From Paludibacteraceae bacterium (lineage in GTDB: Bacteria > Bacillota_I > Bacilli_A > RFN20 > CAG-826), in assembly GCA_963621535.1 (NCBI GenBank), contig CAVFEQ010000005.1, positions 3,800-67,799 of the forward strand: a stretch of DNA of 64,000 nt, read 5' to 3'. The translations under genes and the position numbers were made by a program. Of this stretch, positions 1 through 9,020 are shown piece after piece (the first letter of the stretch is position 1; every line of letters begins with the position of its first letter). The notes under the pieces were generated by a model, which saw only the letters and a program-made list of their open reading frames with translations, made no database searches and was not told the DNA's origin.

Positions 1-125
1 ATCGGGACTCGTCCTAGGCCCATCGCCATCAGAGATAACAGGCTGAGCAGGTTGAGGCCTTGGCGACTCAAAGACTTGGGCGATTGGATCCGTTTTGGAG
101 CGGGCGTTTTTGGGCTTGGTGCCAT
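1..125 (-). CDS. partial CDS (5' end only, runs off the window edge); hypothetical protein with a hydrophobic N-terminal segment
   Basis: Minus-strand ATG at 125-123 follows a GAGGG-like SD. The frame stays open to the window edge (MAPSPKTPAPKRIQSPKSLSRQGLNLLSLLSLMAMGLG...). It is too short for the ORF track, so this is a weak call. Confidence 0.3.
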   Translation of the reverse strand, partial: MAPSPKTPAPKRIQSPKSLSRQGLNLLSLLSLMAMGLGRVP

Positions 126-137
126 TTCTTCGCCCTC

Positions 138-530
138 TTATATAATCATAATTAGCTTCTTTGGAGGGATTTCGTGACGGACTGGCGTTTTTTGAGACTC
201 CATAAGCTCCCTAGTCAAGGTCTCCTCCGTATCGGCGCGGTCGACTACCGTTTCGAATAGGCCGATCTTCTCCCTTCGAGTTTGTCGATACCGGTATAGA
301 CCAGGGATTTCCTCGAAAGGATTTTCACTGAGGAGATCTCCCTGGATCCCGATGAGATCAAGGACAACCCATCGCTTATCAAAATCGGCGAAGACATAAC
401 ATTCAAAATTGAGTCGACGCCAGCGAGGGATAGCGTTCCGTAAATGTAGGAGGCAATAAAGAAAAGGAAGTTCCGCAATCAGGTCGTTAAACAAATAGGG
501 GAACTTCCATAAAGTTTTTGTTTTTTTCAT
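138..530 (-). CDS. hypothetical protein (130 aa)
   Basis: ATG at 530 lies directly downstream of AAGGAGGATT (reverse complement of 531-540). The 160-aa track ORF extends upstream only through a non-ATG start. I can assign no motif. Confidence 0.5.
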   Translation of the reverse strand: MKKTKTLWKFPYLFNDLIAELPFLYCLLHLRNAIPRWRRLNFECYVFADFDKRWVVLDLIGIQGDLLSENPFEEIPGLYRYRQTRREKIGLFETVVDRADTEETLTRELMESQKTPVRHEIPPKKLIMII

Positions 531-926
531 AATCCTCCTTTTCCAAAGCCTATCACTTTCGGACATATTGAAGGACGGGCATCTCGAATTGAGCAACAAC
601 TCCGCGGAAAGGGGAATCAAGCCTTTCGTAATCGCGAGAAAGAACCTTCTTTTCTCGAATATCTAGAACGGCGCCGAGTCCTCGGCGATGATCTTCTCGA
701 TCATACAAACCGCCATTGCCAATGGGCTCAAGGCCAGGGAGTCCTGGAAAAGCCGATAGCCGAGATCCCAGAAAATCCAAAGGAAGAGGAGCTCGAAAAG
801 CTGCTACCTTGGAATATAAAACCCTAATCCAACCCCATCCGAATCGGTTCGAACGGGACAAAATTTACGTTTACAACAAAAAAACTCCTATACCATCGAA
901 GGTTTTCGGAGTTTTAGTGAATATTC

Positions 927-1003
927 TGGTGGCTGAGGGGGGATTTGAACCCTCGACATACCGGGTATGAGCCGGTTGCTCTAACCAGCTGGGCTACTCA
1001 GCC
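927..1003 (-). tRNA. tRNA-Met (anticodon CAT); could instead be a lysidine-type tRNA-Ile2
   Basis: 77-nt cloverleaf read on the minus strand. Acceptor GGCTGAG/CTCAGCC, anticodon loop CTCATAC, T-loop TTCAAAT, encoded CCA. One A-C mismatch in the T-stem. Confidence 0.85.
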
Positions 1004-1007
1004 ATCA

Positions 1008-1083
1008 TGGTGGAACCTACCGGGATCGAACCGGCGACCTCATGCTTGCAAAGCACGCGCTCTCCCAGCTGAGCTAAGGTCCC
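1008..1083 (-). tRNA. tRNA-Ala (anticodon TGC)
   Basis: 76-nt cloverleaf. Acceptor GGGACCT/AGGTTCC gives the G3:U70 alanine identity pair. Anticodon loop TTTGCAA, T-loop TTCGATC, encoded CCA. It lies 4 nt from the tRNA-Met. Confidence 0.9.
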
Positions 1084-1173
1084 GCTAGATTACCTGCCGC
1101 CGAAACGGCTTCGCTATTATAGACGTGGAAAAACGCAATAATCAATTATTTTTTGCGTGTTGTGCCCTTGGCC

Positions 1174-2262
1174 TTAACGCAAAGCCTTTCTTGCGAAAGA
1201 ATCTGCGACAGCCACGATTCTTTCGAAAAGCTTTTGGTCAAGCATGGAAGCCAGACGCTTATCGAAGCAGGATTGATAGGCACGCAGATCCTCGGGGCTG
1301 ATTTTCCCGGGATTCCTCTTGTATTTTTGATAGATCAAGGCGCTAGCTTCCTTGGCTTGGTTAAGGTAATCCACGCTATAGGAGGACATCATCACATCGC
1401 CGTGTCCTCGTCCTTCCATGGCGATTTTTTCCACGCCGTTACGGGAATAATCCGCATGGAAGAGAGAGGCTTTAGGAAGCACGACTTTGTCCAAATCGCC
1501 ATGGATGAGGACGCAATAGACGTTCTTTGCCTTCTCCAAAGTCTCTTTCGCGGAAAGGAAGGCGTATTCAGGGTCTCTTTCTTCCATCGCTTTTTTTAGA
1601 GAAGGCACAGTGAAAGAAAGGTCGAAGCCAACATAATGAGAGGGGAGAGAGGTCATGACGGCAAGAGGGTCGGCAAAACCGGAGAGCTCGAAAATCGCCA
1701 AAGGGGATTGGTCGAAGTGCAAGGAAGAACAAATGCCGTACGCTCCCCAGGAATGGCCAAGCAGGAAAAGAGGCAGCTTTTGCAGGCTTGAGCTATGGAT
1801 GAAATTCATTGCCGCGGCCACATCCAAGGCGCTTTGGGAAAGCCCTTTGACCCCTACTCCGTCGCTTCTTCCTGAGGAAGTCAAATCCAAAGCGGCGACG
1901 TCATAGCCTTGGCGAAAGAGGAAATCATGAATGCAGGAAGAGGAATCCTCGCTTAAGCCCCCGATGCCATGCACGCAGAGGAAGAGTCCTTTTGGGGAAG
2001 GCTGCTCATAGAGATGAAGGCAAAGCCTCGTCCCGTTAGAATAAAGAGGAACCAGTTTCCCTCTTTGCAAAGCAGAGAAATCCTCAAAGGACGAGCGCTC
2101 AAGGTAATCCCAAGACGATTTGAAGCTATCAAGGGTGGAGAAACGCCTATCGAAGATGATTTTCAGGGCGTTTTCCGGAGTCAAAGGCCCGCTTTCGCTC
2201 GTTAAGGCGTCTAAAACGTTCGAAGCGGTTTTCAGGGTGCTTTTCAACTTCCAAATGTCCAT
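1174..2262 (-). CDS. alpha/beta-fold serine hydrolase (lysophospholipase/S33-like)
   Basis: 362 aa. Nucleophile elbow GHSWGA, upstream LFLCVHGIGG segment, and C-terminal HGDLD and GRGHG segments typical of alpha/beta hydrolases. Confidence 0.7.
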   Translation of the reverse strand: MDIWKLKSTLKTASNVLDALTSESGPLTPENALKIIFDRRFSTLDSFKSSWDYLERSSFEDFSALQRGKLVPLYSNGTRLCLHLYEQPSPKGLFLCVHGIGGLSEDSSSCIHDFLFRQGYDVAALDLTSSGRSDGVGVKGLSQSALDVAAAMNFIHSSSLQKLPLFLLGHSWGAYGICSSLHFDQSPLAIFELSGFADPLAVMTSLPSHYVGFDLSFTVPSLKKAMEERDPEYAFLSAKETLEKAKNVYCVLIHGDLDKVVLPKASLFHADYSRNGVEKIAMEGRGHGDVMMSSYSVDYLNQAKEASALIYQKYKRNPGKISPEDLRAYQSCFDKRLASMLDQKLFERIVAVADSFARKALR

Positions 2263-2331
2263 AGGGGGATTCTACCACGAAGCGCGCTCTCCTCCTTTCC
2301 TTTTTCCCCTAATTGGACTAGGCTTTGCGCC

Positions 2332-3165
2332 ATGAAACAGAAAAGAGTTCTTTCCATTCAAGACTATTCTTGCCTAGGCCGGTGTTCCTTGACCGTCGCC
2401 TTGCCCACCATCAGCGCAGCAGGCATTGAGGCGGTTGGTCTTCCCACTTCCGTCCTTTCAAATCACACCGTCTTCCCTTCTTGGACTTGGACCGACACCT
2501 TGCCCTCTCTTTTGCAGGCCCCAAAGAAATGGGAAGGATACAACATCGCTTTCGACGCGGTCTACACCGGCTATCTAGCGACCTCGCAAGTGCCAATGGC
2601 CCTAGAATTTATCCACCGCTACCGGAACGATCAAAACATCGTCTTCGTCGATCCTGCTTTTGGCGACGCCGGCAAGCTCTATCCCGGATTCACCCTTGAG
2701 CACATCCAAGCCATGCGCCTACTTCTTAAAGAAGCAAACTTAGCTAAGCCTAATCTCACCGAGGCCTGCTTTTTGACCGATACCCCCTACCCAGAAAGCT
2801 GCCCAAACGAAGCTTTTTTGACAGACCTGATTCATAAAGTCGCCGATCTAGGCCCTAAGAAAATCGTCCTCTCCGGAATCAAAAAGGGCGAGGAAATCGG
2901 CTGCCTAGTCTATGAGGAGGGGAAGCTCACCTCTTTCTTCGAGCCGGCACGAAAAAGCGCCCACGGCACAGGCGATCTTTTCTCTAGCGCGCTGCTTTCT
3001 TCTTATCTACTAGGTCATTCTCTATTAGAGAGCGCCCATCTTGCGGCTCTTTATGTGGCTAAGTCGCTCTCCTATAACGAAGAAGATCAGGTCGATGGGC
3101 AAATCTACGGGCCGGAATTTGAAAAAGCCCTGCCCTTCTTCATGAAAAGCCTCGGGCTTTGCTAA
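2332..3165 (+). CDS. pdxK: pyridoxal/pyridoxamine kinase (ribokinase superfamily)
   Basis: 277 aa. N-terminus VLSIQDYSCLGRCSLTVALPTISAAGIE and C-terminal HGTGDLFSSALL (GTGD anion-hole motif) are characteristic of PdxK-type kinases. Confidence 0.7.
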   Translation: MKQKRVLSIQDYSCLGRCSLTVALPTISAAGIEAVGLPTSVLSNHTVFPSWTWTDTLPSLLQAPKKWEGYNIAFDAVYTGYLATSQVPMALEFIHRYRNDQNIVFVDPAFGDAGKLYPGFTLEHIQAMRLLLKEANLAKPNLTEACFLTDTPYPESCPNEAFLTDLIHKVADLGPKKIVLSGIKKGEEIGCLVYEEGKLTSFFEPARKSAHGTGDLFSSALLSSYLLGHSLLESAHLAALYVAKSLSYNEEDQVDGQIYGPEFEKALPFFMKSLGLC

Positions 3166-3174
3166 AAAGGCAAC

Positions 3175-3212
3175 AAAAATGGCGATTTCTCCGCAAAACC
3201 GCCATTTTTTTG
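3175..3212. terminator. candidate bidirectional intrinsic terminator between convergent pdxK and the ABC gene
   Basis: AAAAATGGCG ... CGCCATTTTTTT. A 6-7 bp stem is flanked by an A-run on one side and a T-run on the other. The loop is rather long. Confidence 0.45.
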
Positions 3213-3216
3213 TGTC

Positions 3217-6012
3217 TTACTCGCTCCGCAACGCGGTAACCGGGTCTTTTCGCGCGGCCGACATCGCCGGCACGATGCCTGAGATTGAGGTCAGAAGAAT
3301 CGAAACCCCCACCATAAGCAAAGCCAGATACCAAGGCAAAGAGGCGATGGTGAACACCCCGGTGAAGCCGCCGACGATGAGGTTGATGATCAAAGAAAGG
3401 AAATAGGTGAAGGCGATGCCGACGAGCCCGGAGAAGAAGCCCACCATGATGGTCTCGGCCATAAATAGATTCGCCACGTCTCTCTTCCTTCCGCCTAGGC
3501 TCCTGATGACCCCGATTTCCTTGATGCGCTCAATGACGGAGACATAGGTGATGATGGCGATCATGACGGTGCTAACAAGCAGCGACAAAGCGGTGAAGGC
3601 GATCAAAGACGCCGTCACGATCTCTAGGATCGTATTGATCATCGAGATGACGACCTGCAAGGTGTCCGTGTATTTGACAGGGTCATCCTTCCTTTCGGCG
3701 TAAGAGATGTAATAAGTTTTCCCATTGGAAGAGATCGCCTTGACATCCCCTTCCGCGTTCCAGGCATCAAGATAATCCGTGACGAGGTATTTCGAATTGA
3801 AATCCAAGGGGTAAATCGCAATGGAGGTGGGAAGGGTGGCTCCTCCTGCCTGAGCTAAGCTAAGCGAGCCGCTTCTTCCACTTCCCCCTCCTAGCCCCAT
3901 CGCCGAGGCGAAAGCGCTGAATAAAGTCGAGGCCGAGGAGCTTCTTCCGACGATCCCATAATCGCTTACGGCCTTATCGAAGGTGTGCCATTTGAGGTAA
4001 TAGGAGAATTCGTAATAGATGCCGCTTCCTTCGGTTTTCCCGCTCGCCGGATTGGTGGTCAAGGTCGTGGTGATCGAATCAGTGCCGGCAAGAGAGGAAT
4101 AGGCGTTAAGCAAGCCGACCAGATAGCTGCTCTCGTTGTCTTTCCGGTAACGAGCAGAGAAGGCCGGGGTGTAATAGAGCCCGCTTTGCAAGGAGCCATA
4201 GTTCACGCCTTGCTTCGGGGCCAAGATGCCGACGATCTTCATCTTCATCCCCTCCCCCCAAGCGCTTTGGCGGATCGATTCGTACTCAAAGGGCTTTTTG
4301 AGATCCTCGGTAGAAGGAGCCACCTCTTCGTCCAAATAGGCCTTGACCGCATCATTAGGGGTATAGATCACGTCGTTAGGATAGTAATAGAAATCCTTCT
4401 CCTTGATCTCTTCGAAGGTGAACTTGTCCTTGAAGAGGGAGGAATCATAGGAATAGGCGAAGCTCTCATCATTATCCGCGGAGAACTTGTCGATGACCGT
4501 CAAAAACTCGTCCTGTGAATAGAAGCCTAGCTCCGTAAGCTGGAAATCGGTCACTTGGTCATTGCCGTTCAAAACAAGGACCAGCTCATCCTCTTCTTTA
4601 GCGAAGTGCCCCCCGTCGACGAATTCATATTGGGACATGACGTATTTCTCTTCATCAAGCCCTAAGGATAGAGGGGAACCATAGGTGGAAACTAAATCCG
4701 CATAGGAAGAATAATCGGTCTGCCTCACGATGGAGGTCGCGAATTGCTCCATGAAGGAGAGGGAGCGCGTCTGCCTCTGCTCGCTGTAGCCTGTCCCTGA
4801 AGAAGAAGCGACGTCGATTGTCACATCGGTGTAGATATTGTGTTCCGGGGCGATGCCATAGGAATAAGAAAGCGCGTTGTAATATTCTTCGGGCATCGCG
4901 CTTAGGAAGTCGACGTAGCCTTTGGTGATGGAATTGGAAATCAAAGAAGAGGCGGTCGTCTTCGAGGTCTTGACGAGCTGCTCGATGATGAAATTCACAT
5001 CCACCTTCCCCTCCTTCACCGAATTGCTGATGATGCCAGTTTGGGTGGAAGTCGAGGTGCTTGAAAGCAGGGATTCGATGTCGAGGGAGCTTTTAGAGAT
5101 GGTGACCGGGCTGCCAGAAAGCATGTCATCTTGCATCGAAGAAAGGTAGCCTTGGACGCCGCTAGAGATCGCTAGAACCAAAGAGACGCCCACGATGCCG
5201 ATGCTCCCGGCGAAGGAAACCATCGCCGTGCGTTTGGCCTTCGAGCCAAGGTTCTGCAAAGAGAGGCGGAAGGCCTGGAAAAGAGAAAGCTTGGCTTTCT
5301 TTGAGGTAGGGGCTTCCTTCTTTTCCTCCTTGAAAGAATAGGGGTTGCTGTCTTCTTCGATTTTCCCATCGCGTAGCCTAACGATGCGCGAAGAATATCT
5401 CTCCGCCAGCTCAGGATTATGGGTGACCATGATGACCAGGCGGTCTTTGGCCACTTCCTTAAGGAGATCCATGATTTGGACGCTGGTCTTCGTATCAAGA
5501 GCGCCAGTAGGCTCATCCGCTAAAAGGATAGAGGGGTCATTGACTAAGGCACGGGCGATGGCGACCCTTTGGCACTGCCCGCCAGAAAGCTGGTTGGGGC
5601 GCTTATGGAGCATCTCCCCCAGCCCCACTTTAGTAAGGGCGTCTATCGCTCTTTGCTGTCTTTCCTCTTTGCCAATCCCAGAAATCGTTAAGGCCAGCTC
5701 GACGTTTTGAAGGACGTTTTGGTGGGGGATCAGGTTATAGGATTGGAAGATGAAGCCGACTTTGTGGTTACGGTAATTGTCCCAATCGCGGTCAGAAAAA
5801 TCCTTCGTGGAGACCCCGTCGATGAAAAGGTCGCCTGAGGTGTAATGGTCAAGGCCGCCGATAATATTAAGCAAAGTCGTCTTCCCCGAGCCGCTAGGGC
5901 CGAGGATCGAGACGAATTCGTTGTCGCGGAAGGTAAGGCTAACCCCCTCTAAAGCGCGGAAGGACTTGCCTGCCACAAGGTAATCTTTGACGATGTCGAC
6001 TAATTTAAGCAT
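3217..6012 (-). CDS. MacB-type fused ABC transporter (N-terminal ATPase plus FtsX-type permease) with an extracytoplasmic domain of about 510 aa
   Basis: 931 aa. Walker A GPSGSGKT, signature LSGGQ, Walker B ILLADEP. TM1 lies at about aa 262-285, followed by a long Ser/Thr/Tyr-rich soluble region, then three C-terminal TM helices (FtsX-like) from about aa 798. SD GGGAGG lies upstream of the ATG at 6012. Confidence 0.85.
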   Translation of the reverse strand: MLKLVDIVKDYLVAGKSFRALEGVSLTFRDNEFVSILGPSGSGKTTLLNIIGGLDHYTSGDLFIDGVSTKDFSDRDWDNYRNHKVGFIFQSYNLIPHQNVLQNVELALTISGIGKEERQQRAIDALTKVGLGEMLHKRPNQLSGGQCQRVAIARALVNDPSILLADEPTGALDTKTSVQIMDLLKEVAKDRLVIMVTHNPELAERYSSRIVRLRDGKIEEDSNPYSFKEEKKEAPTSKKAKLSLFQAFRLSLQNLGSKAKRTAMVSFAGSIGIVGVSLVLAISSGVQGYLSSMQDDMLSGSPVTISKSSLDIESLLSSTSTSTQTGIISNSVKEGKVDVNFIIEQLVKTSKTTASSLISNSITKGYVDFLSAMPEEYYNALSYSYGIAPEHNIYTDVTIDVASSSGTGYSEQRQTRSLSFMEQFATSIVRQTDYSSYADLVSTYGSPLSLGLDEEKYVMSQYEFVDGGHFAKEEDELVLVLNGNDQVTDFQLTELGFYSQDEFLTVIDKFSADNDESFAYSYDSSLFKDKFTFEEIKEKDFYYYPNDVIYTPNDAVKAYLDEEVAPSTEDLKKPFEYESIRQSAWGEGMKMKIVGILAPKQGVNYGSLQSGLYYTPAFSARYRKDNESSYLVGLLNAYSSLAGTDSITTTLTTNPASGKTEGSGIYYEFSYYLKWHTFDKAVSDYGIVGRSSSASTLFSAFASAMGLGGGSGRSGSLSLAQAGGATLPTSIAIYPLDFNSKYLVTDYLDAWNAEGDVKAISSNGKTYYISYAERKDDPVKYTDTLQVVISMINTILEIVTASLIAFTALSLLVSTVMIAIITYVSVIERIKEIGVIRSLGGRKRDVANLFMAETIMVGFFSGLVGIAFTYFLSLIINLIVGGFTGVFTIASLPWYLALLMVGVSILLTSISGIVPAMSAARKDPVTALRSE

Positions 6013-6164
6013 TGATGTCCTCCCTTAAAACAAACACGAAAATGATAGACGGCATTTTCTTTTTATGAAAAAGAAATTTGCCTAATTTCCCTTGAAACTT
6101 TGACGCGCGCCAAAAAAGATCAGTCCGAACGTTTCTTGAAACTCACCAAACTCTTTGGATTCCT

Positions 6165-7436
6165 TCAATTTTTCAAGCAGCCAATCGGGACGATGTAGAT
6201 GCCATCTTCATCGCGATAGGCATAATCCCCAACCCCGATCAGCACCATTTTGAATGAGGGTTCTTTCATTTTCGAGGTATCGATCAAGCTAGCCAGCTCG
6301 TTTAAGGTCTTTTTAGCTTCCGCGATGGCGGCGTCCCCGCCGAGCTTAATTTCAATCAAACCATATTTCCCATTTTTCAAATGGACGACGGCATCGCATT
6401 CAAGACCGTTTTTATCCCGATAGTGATAAACGTTTCCGCCTAAGCTCTCCGCATAGATTCTTAGGTCCCTGACGCAGAGGCACTCAAACAAAAACCCGAA
6501 CGTATGAAGATCGTTAGAAAGATCCTCAACCCCTAAGCCCAAGGCGGCGACAGCAAGAGAGGGATCAACGAAAAAACGTGTATCCGAGGTCCTGACCGCC
6601 GTCTTGCTCCGCAGATTCGGATTCCAGGCGGCCATATCCTCGATAAGGTAAATCTTTTTCAAGGCGTTCACATAAGAGAGGAAGGTGTTTTCGGCGATCT
6701 TTAAGCCGCTAGAAGCATCCGTGTCTTTTTTGATTTCTTCATAGGAAACCTGGGAGGCGATATTTCTGGCGTATGAACGAAGTAGACGTCTCGTCGTTTC
6801 CTCATTTCTTCTCACCCCGTCTACTCTGCTGATATCGGATTTGGCGACGCCGTCCACATAATCAAAAGCTTGGAGGAGAGCGATGTCTTTCTCCATCCCC
6901 ACGGCATGAGGCCAGCCTCCGCGGCAAGTTGCGAAAGAAAGGTCATCAAAAGAAAGGCGATTGCTTCCTTCAATTAGGGAAGGCGCCTTAAAAAGCTCGC
7001 CAAGAGAGACCTCGCCCGTGGATTCGAGTGACTCGAACAAAGACATGGGACGCATTTTCAGCCAAGTGTATCTTCCAGTGCCGGAATGGGTTCTTTCCGG
7101 CGAATCAGGCAGCACCGAGGAACCGGTCAAAATAAACTGCCCCTCAAGCCCGCGGGTATCAACCTCGTAGCGAATGGCGTCGAAGAGCGTGGGAGCAAGC
7201 TGCCATTCATCGATAAGGCGCGGGGTTTCTCCCTTCAAAAGGCGGGAAGGGTTGATCTGCGCCATTTGGATATTTATCTTTCTAGACGAAGGCTCATCCA
7301 TGCGCAAAACACTCTTTGCGCATTGAAGCGCGGTGGTCGTCTTGCCGCACCACTTCGCTCCCTCTACGATACAAGCCCCTTTGCTTTTCAATTTAGTGGC
7401 GAGCATCTCGTCCGCTATTCTGTTTTTATAAAGCAT
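6165..7436 (-). CDS. AAA-type ATPase of the AAA_14/DUF4143 family
   Basis: 423 aa counted from the ATG at 7436, which has an AGGAG SD 10 nt upstream. The track ORF begins at a TTG 18 nt further up. Walker A GAKWCGKTT. Overall length and layout fit the widespread 'ATP-binding protein, DUF4143' family. Confidence 0.7.
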   Translation of the reverse strand: MLYKNRIADEMLATKLKSKGACIVEGAKWCGKTTTALQCAKSVLRMDEPSSRKINIQMAQINPSRLLKGETPRLIDEWQLAPTLFDAIRYEVDTRGLEGQFILTGSSVLPDSPERTHSGTGRYTWLKMRPMSLFESLESTGEVSLGELFKAPSLIEGSNRLSFDDLSFATCRGGWPHAVGMEKDIALLQAFDYVDGVAKSDISRVDGVRRNEETTRRLLRSYARNIASQVSYEEIKKDTDASSGLKIAENTFLSYVNALKKIYLIEDMAAWNPNLRSKTAVRTSDTRFFVDPSLAVAALGLGVEDLSNDLHTFGFLFECLCVRDLRIYAESLGGNVYHYRDKNGLECDAVVHLKNGKYGLIEIKLGGDAAIAEAKKTLNELASLIDTSKMKEPSFKMVLIGVGDYAYRDEDGIYIVPIGCLKN

Positions 7437-7487
7437 CCTGTTGGTCTCCTTCAACGGATTATAGCCCCTATTGATACGTTTGGCGAG

Positions 7488-7569
7488 TTTTCATTGAGGT
7501 ATTTGGCTTGTTTTCGTTGAGGTATTTGGCTTGTTTTCGTTGAGGTAGTTGGCGATATTTCGTTAAAGG
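7488..7569. repeat. 23-bp tandem repeat, about 3.5 copies
   Basis: TTTTC[A/G]TTGAGGTA[T/G]TTGGC... occupies 7488-7510, 7511-7533 and 7534-7556, with a partial copy at 7557-7569. It lies upstream of the DUF4143 ATPase start and downstream of the uxaC stop. Confidence 0.9.
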
Positions 7570-7640
7570 ACTTCAAAAAGGGCCGATTAAGCGTCACTAA
7601 AAAGATGAGCTAGATGCATAAAAAGGCTTTATGGGGCGTC

Positions 7641-9020
7641 TTATTTCAAGCCGAAGTAATTCCAGGCGTTGTTGAAGGAGATGTCCTCCACCACTTTGCC
7701 AACCAATTCAAGATCGGAGGTCATCTGACCACTTTCAATCATCGAGCCAAGGTAAGAGCAGAGGATACGACGGAAATAATGATGACGGGGGTAAGAAAGG
7801 AAGCTTCTTGAGTCCGTGAGCATCCCCACGAAGGCGCCAAGATGGCCGACTGAAGCAAGATCAGCGAGGTGCTTTTCCATGCCGGGCTTATTGTCGAGGA
7901 ACCACCAAGCCGGCCCATACTGGATCTTGCCTTTGAGCGAGGAATCCTGGAAGCAACCCGCAAGGGAAAGCAACTCAAGATTCATCTTCGGGTTCAAATT
8001 GAAGAGGATCATCGCCGGGAGGCGTCCCTCATCATTAAGACGATCCATCAATCGGGAGAGGTTCTTGATGCTATTGTCTTCGCTGATCGAGTCATAGCCC
8101 GTATCAAGGCCAAGGGAAGCGAGCATTTTCGCGTTATTGTTCCTCATCGCCCCGATATGGAGCTCGCTGCGGATCCCGTATTTGCCATATAGGCCAAGGA
8201 GAAAATAGGTAAGATAGCCCTTGAAGAGTTTCGTTTCGCTCTCGGAGACTTTCTCGCCGTTTCTTCTCTTGCTAAAGACTTTCGCGGCCTCTTCTTTGGA
8301 GGAAAGGGGATAGACGCCTTCTAAAGCCGTGTCGGAGGCCACGCAGCCGACTTTAATGAAGTTCTGCAGCCTTTTTTCAATTTCTGCTTCTAAAGCGTCC
8401 AAAGTATCAATTGAGCCGAGTTTTGCAAGGAAATCGTTATATTTCTCAGCTTCGATGTTCATGATTTTGTCCGCGCGGAAGGCGGGGGCAACCAAAAAGG
8501 GATAGCCTTTCTTCTTGATGTCTTCGAAAACCTGGAGGTCATCGAAGATCTCATTGGTCGTGAAGATGGCTTTGACGTTGGATTGCTCAATGAGGCTAAC
8601 CGGGGTTAGGTGATGTTCTTTGATGTAGGCATTGCATTCATCCCAAATCGCATCCGAGTTCTTCTCGTTGATCTCGAGCTCGCAATGGAAATATTCCTGC
8701 AGCTCCACCTGCGACCAATGGTAAAGAGGATTCCCGAAGGCGGTTCCAAGCGTTTTGCAGTAAGCCTTGAATTTCTCTTTGTTCGGTTGATTCCCAGTGA
8801 TATAGGACTCATCGATCCCGAAATTCCTCATGAGCCTCCATTTGTAATGGTCTCCGCCTAACCAGACCTCGAAGATGTCTTTGAATTCCTTGTTCTCGAG
8901 GATCTGGTATTCGGAGAGATGGCAATGGTAGTCGAAAATGGGCATGTTTTTGGCGTGCTCAAAATAAAGTTTCTTCCCCGTTTCGTTGCTCAGGAGGAAG
9001 TCCTCTTTCAAATAGCTCAT
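7641..9020 (-). CDS. uxaC: glucuronate (uronate) isomerase
   Basis: 459 aa. The N-terminus MSYLKEDFLLSNETGKKLYFEHAKNMPIFDYHCHL is the classic UxaC start (the IxDYHCHL motif). Confidence 0.9.
   Translation of the reverse strand: MSYLKEDFLLSNETGKKLYFEHAKNMPIFDYHCHLSEYQILENKEFKDIFEVWLGGDHYKWRLMRNFGIDESYITGNQPNKEKFKAYCKTLGTAFGNPLYHWSQVELQEYFHCELEINEKNSDAIWDECNAYIKEHHLTPVSLIEQSNVKAIFTTNEIFDDLQVFEDIKKKGYPFLVAPAFRADKIMNIEAEKYNDFLAKLGSIDTLDALEAEIEKRLQNFIKVGCVASDTALEGVYPLSSKEEAAKVFSKRRNGEKVSESETKLFKGYLTYFLLGLYGKYGIRSELHIGAMRNNNAKMLASLGLDTGYDSISEDNSIKNLSRLMDRLNDEGRLPAMILFNLNPKMNLELLSLAGCFQDSSLKGKIQYGPAWWFLDNKPGMEKHLADLASVGHLGAFVGMLTDSRSFLSYPRHHYFRRILCSYLGSMIESGQMTSDLELVGKVVEDISFNNAWNYFGLK

Noticed and set aside
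716-970. 84-aa plus-strand ORF overlapping the tRNA-Met gene.
   Set aside because: It overlaps a well-folded tRNA on the other strand and has a Lys/Arg/Pro-rich low-complexity translation.
7488-7569. Possible CRISPR array.
   Set aside because: The units are directly adjacent 23-bp copies with no spacers. There are only about 3.5 copies and no cas genes. It is a simple tandem repeat.
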